Below, one piece after another: positions 7,580 to 14,562 of a DNA stretch of 24,000 nt. The notes under the pieces are model-generated. The model made no database searches. It was not told the origin of the DNA and worked only from the letters and a program-made list of their open reading frames with translations. This DNA is from Bacillota bacterium (GTDB lineage Bacteria > Bacillota > Clostridia > Lachnospirales > Lachnospiraceae). How positions within the stretch are numbered: position 1 is the stretch's first letter; every line of letters begins with the position of its first letter. Made by a program: the position numbers and the translations under genes. The stretch covers positions 192,829 to 216,828 of the forward strand of contig JAEWCQ010000033.1 in NCBI GenBank assembly GCA_023390555.1, in the 5' to 3' direction.

Positions 7580-9379
7580 ATGGACAATATCAGTTATAGT
7601 AATGACGCAACGGCAAATGCTGGATTACCTTACAATGATATAAACTGGTATAATGTGGAAGGCCAGCCTTTCGGTCCTGCTTCCAAATTCAATGTTATTG
7701 TATTTAACGATGCCAATAACATTGTAGATGTGGGAGGACCAATGGCTGTAGGCGGAAGTTTTTACAGCCCAAGAGGTTTGAGTGTTGCCTTTGGCGGAGA
7801 CAGCGGAAACGAAGAAATTGGTTATTCACCGGACTTAGTACGCTTTTTAATTGGCGGCAATGTATCGATGGGCGGCCCATTGGTTGTTAAGGGGCATGTG
7901 GTTGTTGACGGCGGATTTCGGGCAGCCAAGGGAAGCACCTACTTAATTGGAAAAGATGGTACGACGGATGGGATACCGGAACTGAAGTTTTTGTATCAGG
8001 CCAATGGAGGCAGCCAATATTGGACACCAACGGATAAGGGCGATCACTATGTGGTTCCCAGTTATGATGTACCAAGATATATACCTGCAAGCAGAATCGG
8101 TGCTAACGTACCAAGATTTTTTAACGATGCGAGAGAAGGAATCGGGTACTACAAAAACTGCATCGAAGCGTTTGCACCAAATGGAACAGTCGTGGATAAT
8201 AATTACGAGTGGATTTTAAGGGGCAGTGACCCGGTACAGAATGTATTCCTTATCGATGTAAGACCTAATGGTTTGATCAACAAGGGAATACGTGCCGAAG
8301 TTCCGCAGGGCAGTACCGTTATTGTAAGGCTGAGAACAGGTCCGAATGCCCACTTGCAATACGGTGTCTATGGGGAAAGAAGTAGAGCCAACGAGACATT
8401 GTATGTGTTTGAGGATGCAACGAATATTTATATGGAAAAATCCTCGGATATCTGGGGAAGTATACTGGCACCGCAGGCTATGTTTCATGCACATGCGACA
8501 GGCGGCCATGTAAGCGGCAATGCTGCTTTGGGATCGTTTGCCGTAAATGCTGACAGCGGCTTTGAATTTCATTTTTATCCCTTTGCTGGAAGAGTGATCT
8601 GTCAATCCGTCGCACCAGCCCCGGTAACACCGGCACCGGAAGCACCGCAGGTAACACCAGCACCGGAAGTACCGCAGGTAACACCGGCACCGGAAGTACC
8701 GCAGGTGTCACCTGGAACAGAGGAACAGCCCGCTCAGGTGTGCCCGACATGCCCGACCTGCCCTGCACCGGAACCATGCCCGACGTGTCCGGAACCTACA
8801 CCTTGTCCGACACCAGAACCATGCCCGACGTGTCCGGAACCAGTACCTTGCCCTACGCCGGAACCGTGCCCGGTGTGTCCGACGTGTCCGGAACCTACAC
8901 CTTGTCCTGTACCGGAACCATGCCCGGTGTGTCCGACCTGCCCGACGTGTCCGGAACCTACACCTTGTCCTGTGCCAGAGCCATGCCCGGTGTGTCCGAC
9001 CTGCCCGGAATGCCCGCCGCAGGAAAAGGAATATATCACGATTCCAATACCAGTTCCGGTAGAGTGCCCTGCGCCGCAGCCATGCCCTGTTTGTGAGGAA
9101 TGCATGATTAAACCAGGTATTATTATGGGATGTATCTGGGGATGCAATTGCTGTAACTCCCACGAATGGGATGTAAAATTATACGAGAGGGGCGACGATT
9201 GCGATACGTTACTGTTCTGTGTACAGATTTGCGATTCTGGCTACTTTGAATTTAAAGTTCCTTTTGATGGCTGTTATGTCTTAAAGGTAAGGGCGTCCAG
9301 AAACTGTTGCATCACATTCCGGTGCAGACCGATTGTCACTTTGAAAAATATTGGCGTATCTAATTTTATTATGGAATAA
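7580..9379 (+). CDS. large Cys/Pro-rich protein: choice-of-anchor-A-like N-terminal domain, proline-rich repeats, CPxCP array, Cys-rich C-terminal domain; no signal peptide or anchor
   Basis: ATG at 7580 after AGGAG (7571-7575). Residues ~1-344 carry choice-of-anchor-A-like motifs (FNVIVFNDANN.VDVGGPMAVGG, SDIWGSILAPQAMFHA, GFEFHFYPFAG). These are followed by 3x PAPE(A/V)PQVT and about 22 CP dipeptides in CPTCP/PEPCP repeats. The Cys-rich tail ends with a GYFEFKVPFDGCYVLKV beta-sandwich-like motif. The N-terminus MDNISYSNDATANAG is hydrophilic. Confidence 0.8.
   Translation: MDNISYSNDATANAGLPYNDINWYNVEGQPFGPASKFNVIVFNDANNIVDVGGPMAVGGSFYSPRGLSVAFGGDSGNEEIGYSPDLVRFLIGGNVSMGGPLVVKGHVVVDGGFRAAKGSTYLIGKDGTTDGIPELKFLYQANGGSQYWTPTDKGDHYVVPSYDVPRYIPASRIGANVPRFFNDAREGIGYYKNCIEAFAPNGTVVDNNYEWILRGSDPVQNVFLIDVRPNGLINKGIRAEVPQGSTVIVRLRTGPNAHLQYGVYGERSRANETLYVFEDATNIYMEKSSDIWGSILAPQAMFHAHATGGHVSGNAALGSFAVNADSGFEFHFYPFAGRVICQSVAPAPVTPAPEAPQVTPAPEVPQVTPAPEVPQVSPGTEEQPAQVCPTCPTCPAPEPCPTCPEPTPCPTPEPCPTCPEPVPCPTPEPCPVCPTCPEPTPCPVPEPCPVCPTCPTCPEPTPCPVPEPCPVCPTCPECPPQEKEYITIPIPVPVECPAPQPCPVCEECMIKPGIIMGCIWGCNCCNSHEWDVKLYERGDDCDTLLFCVQICDSGYFEFKVPFDGCYVLKVRASRNCCITFRCRPIVTLKNIGVSNFIME
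8633..8713 (+). repeat. 27-bp in-frame tandem repeat x3 (encodes APEAPQVTP-type units)
   Basis: GCACCGGAAG(C/T)ACCGCAGGT(A/G)(A/T)CACC(A/G/T) at 8633-8659, 8660-8686 and 8687-8713, preceded by a partial copy at 8612-8632. Confidence 0.9.
8741..9019 (+). repeat. in-frame degenerate tandem repeats of 45-63 bp encoding PEPCP(T/V)CP(TCP)nEP(T/V)PCP(T/V)
   Basis: Five successive units share the core CC(A/G)TGCCCG(A/G)(C/T)GTGTCCG...GGAACCTACACCTTGTCC. Unit length differs by 9-bp (CPT) insertions. Confidence 0.9.
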
Positions 9380-9416
9380 TCTGATATCTATTTGCCATGG
9401 ATTAATTTTTAGAAAG

Positions 9417-9457
9417 GCTGCTGCAAGCGGGGTATTCCCTTAATGCAGCAGTTTTTT
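9417..9457 (+). terminator. intrinsic terminator after the Cys/Pro-rich protein gene
   Basis: Stem CTGCTGCA (9418-9425) / TGCAGCAG (9444-9451) followed by TTTTTT (9452-9457). Confidence 0.75.
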
Positions 9458-9488
9458 ATGCAGGTAATTTCGATAACAAAATCGTTTG

Positions 9489-9938
9489 TTATAAATCCTG
9501 GGATTCTAATATGTCATTCAGATGATACAGCAATTTTTTGTAGAGCTCAAACATAAACGATAATTCAGGTTCGTCCATTTTTAGAAATGCACTTTCTTCG
9601 AATTCATAAAGATCTTTCAATATAGAACCGGCATACTTCAATCCGGTTTTGGTAAAAACGATATTCTTGCTTCGTTTATCGGTCGCACAGGAAATTCTTT
9701 CTATATAACCTGCATGTTCAAGAGAATTTAATATGGCGTTGACTGTTTGCTTCGGTAATTGAAGTTTTTCGCATATTAGTTGCTGAGAGCAATTGTCTGG
9801 AGTGTTGTAAATTACCCAAAGCGTGAATAAGGAGTTTGAGGAAATATGATGCTTTTTTGCCCATCGATCATAGATGGAATTCGAGAATATCCAAGTATCA
9901 TAATATGCATTAATTTGTTCCTTTGTGGAATGCTTCAT
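9489..9938 (-). CDS. MarR family transcriptional regulator
   Basis: 149 aa. Winged-HTH region QLICEKLQLPKQTVNAILNSLEHAGYIERISCATDKRSKNIVFTKTG is typical of MarR. AGGAGG RBS upstream on the minus strand. Confidence 0.85.
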   Translation of the reverse strand: MKHSTKEQINAYYDTWIFSNSIYDRWAKKHHISSNSLFTLWVIYNTPDNCSQQLICEKLQLPKQTVNAILNSLEHAGYIERISCATDKRSKNIVFTKTGLKYAGSILKDLYEFEESAFLKMDEPELSFMFELYKKLLYHLNDILESQDL

Positions 9939-9986
9939 CTTTTCCTCCTGATTACATGAAAGCAGTACGTTATAGCGGTTAACGTT

Positions 9987-10310
9987 CTAGTGATGTGCAC
10001 CACTTAGATTTAATCCGATAACCCCCAGCACAATAAATACAATAGAAATCACTTTGATAAGACTGATACTTTCTTTAAAGAATAGGATACCAATTACCGT
10101 CATAACCGTGATACCAACAGCTCCCCAAATGGCATAAGCAACACCAAGATCTATTTTCTTTAAGGCCATTGAAAAAAAGGTAAAACATAAAATGTACCCG
10201 ATCAAAGTTCCGGCAGCAGGTAATGGTTTGGTAAAACCGGTTGATAATTTCAATAATGTCGTAGCAATAATTTCAAAGAATACTGCCAATGCTAAAAATA
10301 GCCAATACAT
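9987..10310 (-). CDS. SMR family multidrug efflux transporter (EmrE/Qac-like subtype)
   Basis: 107 aa with 4 TM segments. The essential Glu lies in TM1 (AVFFEIIATTLLKLSTGFT). The AYAIWGAVG motif is present. Lies 48 nt upstream of, and co-directional with, the MarR gene. Confidence 0.85.
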   Translation of the reverse strand: MYWLFLALAVFFEIIATTLLKLSTGFTKPLPAAGTLIGYILCFTFFSMALKKIDLGVAYAIWGAVGITVMTVIGILFFKESISLIKVISIVFIVLGVIGLNLSGAHH

Positions 10311-10334
10311 AAAGACACCTCTTCTGATAGAATT

Positions 10335-10348
10335 GTCCCAAATGGGAC
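10335..10348. promoter_or_regulatory. inverted repeat GTCCCA-AA-TGGGAC in the SMR leader (candidate operator)
   Basis: Perfect 6-bp arms with a 2-bp spacer, just downstream of the predicted -10 and upstream of the RBS of the SMR-MarR operon. Confidence 0.35.
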
Positions 10349-10354
10349 TAATTC

Positions 10355-10383
10355 AGTCTAAAACAGATTCGGCAGAATGTCAA
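10355..10383 (-). promoter_or_regulatory. sigma-A-type promoter of the SMR-MarR operon
   Basis: Minus strand TTGACA (10383-10378), 17 nt spacer, TAGACT (10360-10355), about 45 nt upstream of the SMR ATG. Confidence 0.5.
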
Positions 10384-10507
10384 GAAAATCTTGCTAGGGG
10401 CATACGTTTAAAACGATTGCAATTTCATACAGGGGTCTGAAAGATGAGAATACAATATAGGAGTTACTTGTCAGATATTGGGATAGATGGGTTACAGTGA
10501 AACAACT

Positions 10508-10660
10508 TCAAGGAAGTAACAATTCAGATATTATTCTTTCACTGCAGCATAATTCCTTCAACGTCTGCATAGTGAAAGGCACAACCGTTACCCCCTTGGC
10601 TATCAAATTTTTGCACATGGGAACTACATCGTGGCTGCCCGCTATGAAGCTTTGAATCAT
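10508..10660 (-). CDS. small ORF (50 aa) overlapping the GSDH-like gene stop via ATGA; possibly a gene fragment
   Basis: Hand translation gives MIQSFIAGSHDVVPMCKNLIAKGVTVVPFTMQTLKELCCSERIISELLLP. Its ATG (10660-10658) overlaps the TGA (10659-10657) of the upstream gene. It is below the ORF-track length cutoff and I recognise no family. Confidence 0.3.
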   Translation of the reverse strand: MIQSFIAGSHDVVPMCKNLIAKGVTVVPFTMQTLKELCCSERIISELLLP

Positions 10661-12072
10661 GGAATCATTTCAAAAATAATCCCCTGATTAAAATCCTTCA
10701 CTTTCATGGAGCCATAGACTCCTACATATAGTTTTGTTTGATTCAGATTCGTTCCCAAGCTTACATAATAAGATGATTTCGATCCGAAATCATAGGTTGT
10801 TTCAATGACGCCAAACTCATTCAGTTTACAATTTGTTCTTGCCCTGGTATAAGCCAAAACACCTCTGTGAGGCGGCGAAGCGTTTTCATCCCGTGACAGT
10901 TCCGTAAATAAAATACTTCCCGTCAAATCGGCAATTTCATCGCCCATATATGGCTGGACTCCGGTAAGTGCGGTTGCTCCAAACTTATCGGGGCGGGGAT
11001 CTTCATGAAAATAACTGATCAGAGGCTGAAGATGCTGGGTGGAAGTTTCGACCGCTTCATCATAATAAGCAATTATTTTCTCATTTAAAGTCGGATTTGC
11101 AGAGCAGCTTCTTATGATCGAAGTGGGAAAAGCTCCTTCCCATCCTCGCCAGCCAAGGTTAACAAATTCATCCTGAATGGCTTCAGTTTCCATAAAAGAA
11201 GAATCTGTAAGTTCGGTAACAGGTATCGGTTTATAATCTACGAAGGAAAAAATTGATTCTACCAGATCCTGTCCGACATTGCCTACATATTTGATATACT
11301 GATCAAAAATCTTTTGAAAAGAAATGCCCGGTATATTGCGGACCCCTTTGGCAATTACTGTAAGAGTCTCCTGAATAGGTGCAGGAAGTTCATCAAAACG
11401 TGTGACAACGGGTGGATTATCACGGTATGTATTCTCAGCTACATCAATTTCAATAATTTTGCCGGCAATTTCCATGTAATCCTGGCTTAAATTAAAGGGA
11501 TCATAGCCTGATCCGCCGTCTCCGGTTGTTAGAACGAGTTTTCCAGTTTCGGGTGAGAAATTTAGGCTATTGACACCATTATGATTTAAAAACGGTCTTC
11601 TTATATTAAGCAGCGTCCGTTCTTTTTGCGTTTCGAAATTTGAAGTTACAACCCATTCTTCCACAGTATCAATATGGTCATATTGCGTTTCTCGATTTAG
11701 CCATTTCAGATTTAAGGTTGTTGGGTCACATGGGTTTGGTGTAAAGGATTTTGGAAGAGCGCCCAGACCTTGTGTTCCGGCAACTGAATAATGAAGATAA
11801 AACAGACCATTATCAGAAAACTCCGGATGAAACGCCAGACCCAGTAATCCACGTTCATCGTATCCGCCAGATGAATTACCTAATTCCAGGACTTGAGGCC
11901 GGATATCTAAAAAGGTCTCGATCGAGTCGTCTTCCAGGTAAAAAATCTCTCCAATCTGGGTTGCAATAAATAATCGTTCGGTTGTTTCGCCCGGAAGTAT
12001 AGTTGTTTTTAAAACTGTGGGTAAATTTATATTGTCTACTAAGGGCAGTAAATTAGCTTTCACGTTTTCCAA
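10657..12072 (-). CDS. glucose/sorbosone dehydrogenase (GSDH)-like beta-propeller protein, no signal peptide
   Basis: 471 aa. Motifs ERGLLGLAFHPEFSDNGLFYLHY, HNGVNSLNFSPETGKLVLTTGDGGSGYDP, VRNIPGISF and LGWRGWEG match the soluble PQQ-type aldose dehydrogenase fold family. TTG start with GAGGA RBS. The N-terminus is hydrophilic. Confidence 0.75.
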   Translation of the reverse strand: MENVKANLLPLVDNINLPTVLKTTILPGETTERLFIATQIGEIFYLEDDSIETFLDIRPQVLELGNSSGGYDERGLLGLAFHPEFSDNGLFYLHYSVAGTQGLGALPKSFTPNPCDPTTLNLKWLNRETQYDHIDTVEEWVVTSNFETQKERTLLNIRRPFLNHNGVNSLNFSPETGKLVLTTGDGGSGYDPFNLSQDYMEIAGKIIEIDVAENTYRDNPPVVTRFDELPAPIQETLTVIAKGVRNIPGISFQKIFDQYIKYVGNVGQDLVESIFSFVDYKPIPVTELTDSSFMETEAIQDEFVNLGWRGWEGAFPTSIIRSCSANPTLNEKIIAYYDEAVETSTQHLQPLISYFHEDPRPDKFGATALTGVQPYMGDEIADLTGSILFTELSRDENASPPHRGVLAYTRARTNCKLNEFGVIETTYDFGSKSSYYVSLGTNLNQTKLYVGVYGSMKVKDFNQGIIFEMIP

Positions 12073-12239
12073 TGTCTTTTCCTCATTTTTATCAATTCTT
12101 CTTTAAAAAGTATGATTCGAATGATTCTATTAGTACCAAATTAAGAAGCGTAAACGGCGGGGATTGATAAGAAGCAGGGTGACTGCTTGCCTGATGGTGA
12201 CTGCGAACTATATATAGATAAGCTGCGAAAAAAAAAGAA

Positions 12240-12268
12240 TTGACAGTTGAAAAAAGGTAATATATTAT
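12240..12268 (+). promoter_or_regulatory. sigma-A-type promoter for the MarR / membrane protein pair
   Basis: TTGACA (12240-12245), 17 nt spacer, TATTAT (12263-12268). The 10-bp AT palindrome TAATATATTA overlaps the -10. Confidence 0.5.
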
Positions 12269-12315
12269 CTAAATGAGTAATGTGTTATATTAATTAATGA
12301 AAACAGGTGAGGAAG

Positions 12316-12804
12316 ATGAATAAACTTGAATTGATGAAAGATCAGCAGTATTTGTTTGGGTCTATTTTTGTGGCTGCCAACAGGATGGATACCCTGCTTG
12401 AAAGAGAATTTAAAAAGTTTGATATTACTACAAAACAGTGGCTTTTATCCGTAGTTATAGACAACCTGTTTGATGAGCCGCCGACATTAAAAGAAGCGGC
12501 AAGGGAGATGGGAAGTTCGCATCAGAATATCAAGCAGGTCGCATTAAAGCTGGAACAAAAAGGATTCTTAGTTCTGGAAAAGGATGAAAAGGATGCCCGG
12601 GCAACCAGACTTAAGTTGTCAGAGCATAGTTTTAACTTTTGGAAGAAATTAAGAGAGGAAGGCTCCGTATTTAGGGAGGCGTTGTTTCAAGGCATCCATG
12701 AAGATGAGATGGTAGTGGCAAGAAGCGTAATGGAGAAAATATTGTCAAATATTGTTGAGATAGACAAAAAAAATGATGGGAGTACGGAAAATGACCAATC
12801 ATAA
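12316..12804 (+). CDS. MarR family transcriptional regulator
   Basis: ATG at 12316 after AGGTGAGGA. MarR-like wHTH PTLKEAAREMGSSHQNIKQVALKLEQKGFLVLEKDEKDARATRLKLS. Confidence 0.8.
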   Translation: MNKLELMKDQQYLFGSIFVAANRMDTLLEREFKKFDITTKQWLLSVVIDNLFDEPPTLKEAAREMGSSHQNIKQVALKLEQKGFLVLEKDEKDARATRLKLSEHSFNFWKKLREEGSVFREALFQGIHEDEMVVARSVMEKILSNIVEIDKKNDGSTENDQS

Positions 12805-13639
12805 TTTAGAAACCAAAACGGATAAAGTCCTTTTCTGCTTTACTGTTCCGGTAGTGATTCTTATCGTGATTTGCAGCAGTACAGGAATCTGGTATCAAAA
12901 ATTGTATGCAAGGGAAACGATGGACTTATTGTCACAATGTATTGGACAGGACATTTCCAATCTGTTTTTTGTAGCACCCATACTTCTGATAGCCGCTTTT
13001 TTCGTTTTACAGAGAAACAGAATAGCCAAGATGATCTGGCTTGGGACAATGATTACCAATATATACGCTTATATGATCTATTGCTTTGCTGTTCATTTTA
13101 ACTTTTTGTTTCATGTATATTGTGTGATATTAGGCTTATCTATTTATTCCGTTATTTATTTTTTTATGACGCATATGAAGGAAGATTTTCGAAACTGGTA
13201 TACAGAAAAAGTACCTGTAAGAACAATAGGAACGTTCTTGATGATAATAGCTGCCCTGTTCGTTTTTTTGTGGCTGTCTCAATCATTGCCTGCAGCCATA
13301 GCCAATACTGTACCGGAGAGCGTTCTGGATGATGGTTTGCTTACAAATCCGGTTCATGTTTTAGACTTTTCCTTTTATTTGCCGCTGATGTTTATCTCCG
13401 CAGTCATGCTGATGAAAAAGAAAGCGCTGGGCTATCTTTTGGCTCCAATGATGCTAATTTTTGCTGTTATTACCAATCTCAATATCATATCTTTGACGTT
13501 TGTTACAATGGAAAAGACATCTTCGAATAATCTGCCGTTGATTATTTGTTTCAGTATATTTACAATTGTATGTGTGGGATTTTTGTGGTTAATGCTTAAA
13601 AACATTTTAAAATCTACGATAAAAGAAGTAGTGGATTAA
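12791..13639 (+). CDS. polytopic membrane protein (~8 TM), unknown function
   Basis: ATG at 12791 after GGGAG, overlapping the MarR 3' end by 14 nt. About eight hydrophobic segments. I recognise no family. Confidence 0.65.
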   Translation: MTNHNLETKTDKVLFCFTVPVVILIVICSSTGIWYQKLYARETMDLLSQCIGQDISNLFFVAPILLIAAFFVLQRNRIAKMIWLGTMITNIYAYMIYCFAVHFNFLFHVYCVILGLSIYSVIYFFMTHMKEDFRNWYTEKVPVRTIGTFLMIIAALFVFLWLSQSLPAAIANTVPESVLDDGLLTNPVHVLDFSFYLPLMFISAVMLMKKKALGYLLAPMMLIFAVITNLNIISLTFVTMEKTSSNNLPLIICFSIFTIVCVGFLWLMLKNILKSTIKEVVD

Positions 13640-13667
13640 ACAAAGGAATCAATGGGGGAAAAATCAA

Positions 13668-14498
13668 TTGCTAAGAATCGGTGAGTTTTCAGCATTGTCA
13701 TCTATCAGTATCAATATGCTCAGGCACTATGACAAAATTGGATTATTGGTGCCGGATCATGTGGATCCGATAAGCGGATATCGATATTATGACAAAGAGC
13801 AGCTGGTACAATCCAATAAGATCGTAGCATGGAAGGCAATGGGTTTTGGTCTGGAAGAAATCAAAGAAGCGGAATCCATGAATCAGTCAGAGATCAGGCA
13901 TTTGTTCCAAAATAAGCTGCAGAGAAAACAGGAAGAGGCAAGGCTGATACAGAATCAGATACGGAGAATCGACCAGGCAATGCAGATGAATCCGGAAGAG
14001 GAAGAATATGCATTGTCCATTGTTACGAAGTACATGCCTGAAATGTTGGTAGTAAGCTTTCGCGGGAAAATTAATGATTATCCGCAGGAAGGCATATTAT
14101 GGAAAACACTTATGGAGGAATGTGAGAAGCAGAAAATAAAGGTATCAAGGTCTGCACTGGCCATGGCGATAAATTACGGAATCAATGATGCAGATAACGA
14201 TATGGAGGTAGAAGTGCTGTTATCTGTTGAAAAAGAGCAGGAATGCCACGGAAACATAAAACTATATAAGTTACCGGAATGCAGAGCCGCTTCCGTTATA
14301 TTTCAGGGGAGCTATGCAAAAATCAGTTCCATCAATTCATTTGTTGCAAGATGGATGGAGAATAACGGGTTTGAGATAGCGGGACAAGTGTTTTCTGTTT
14401 ATCATAATTCTCCCCGTGAAAGCAGACTGGATGAAAATTTTGTTACGGAGCTCTGCTTTCCGATTTCAAAAACAAGTATTGACTCTCGTACAGTGTAA
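13668..14498 (+). CDS. MerR family transcriptional regulator with C-terminal GyrI-like effector-binding domain (BmrR-like)
   Basis: TTG start. N-terminus LRIGEFSALSSISINMLRHYDKIGLLVPDHVDPISGYRYY is the canonical MerR HTH. A coiled-coil linker follows, then a ~150-aa GyrI-like C-terminal domain. Confidence 0.85.
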   Translation: MLRIGEFSALSSISINMLRHYDKIGLLVPDHVDPISGYRYYDKEQLVQSNKIVAWKAMGFGLEEIKEAESMNQSEIRHLFQNKLQRKQEEARLIQNQIRRIDQAMQMNPEEEEYALSIVTKYMPEMLVVSFRGKINDYPQEGILWKTLMEECEKQKIKVSRSALAMAINYGINDADNDMEVEVLLSVEKEQECHGNIKLYKLPECRAASVIFQGSYAKISSINSFVARWMENNGFEIAGQVFSVYHNSPRESRLDENFVTELCFPISKTSIDSRTV

Positions 14499-14562
14499 GG
14501 GTTTATCCTTTTCTTATGGTGACCAGATTAATTTGGATAGAAAGCTTTCAGGAAAGGAATCT

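Noticed and set aside
8612-9019. Possible CRISPR-like or non-coding repeat array
   Set aside because: The repeats are contiguous with no unique spacers. They are multiples of 3 bp, in frame with the flanking coding sequence, and encode a coherent Pro/Cys motif.
8478-9163. Four overlapping ORFs (8478..8777 -, 8708..9163 -, 8734..9147 -, 8740..9096 + in another frame) across the repeat region
   Set aside because: They are low-complexity translations (Arg/Thr/Gly/His runs) of the GC-rich Cys-Pro repeat in alternative frames. They lack RBSs and lie entirely within the well-supported 7580..9379 CDS.
14416-14562. ORF-track start at 14416 for the BtrH-N-like protein
   Set aside because: The extension overlaps the MerR/GyrI gene's 3' end in another frame and lacks an RBS. 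The ATG at 14563 has AAAGGA and begins the recognisable domain.
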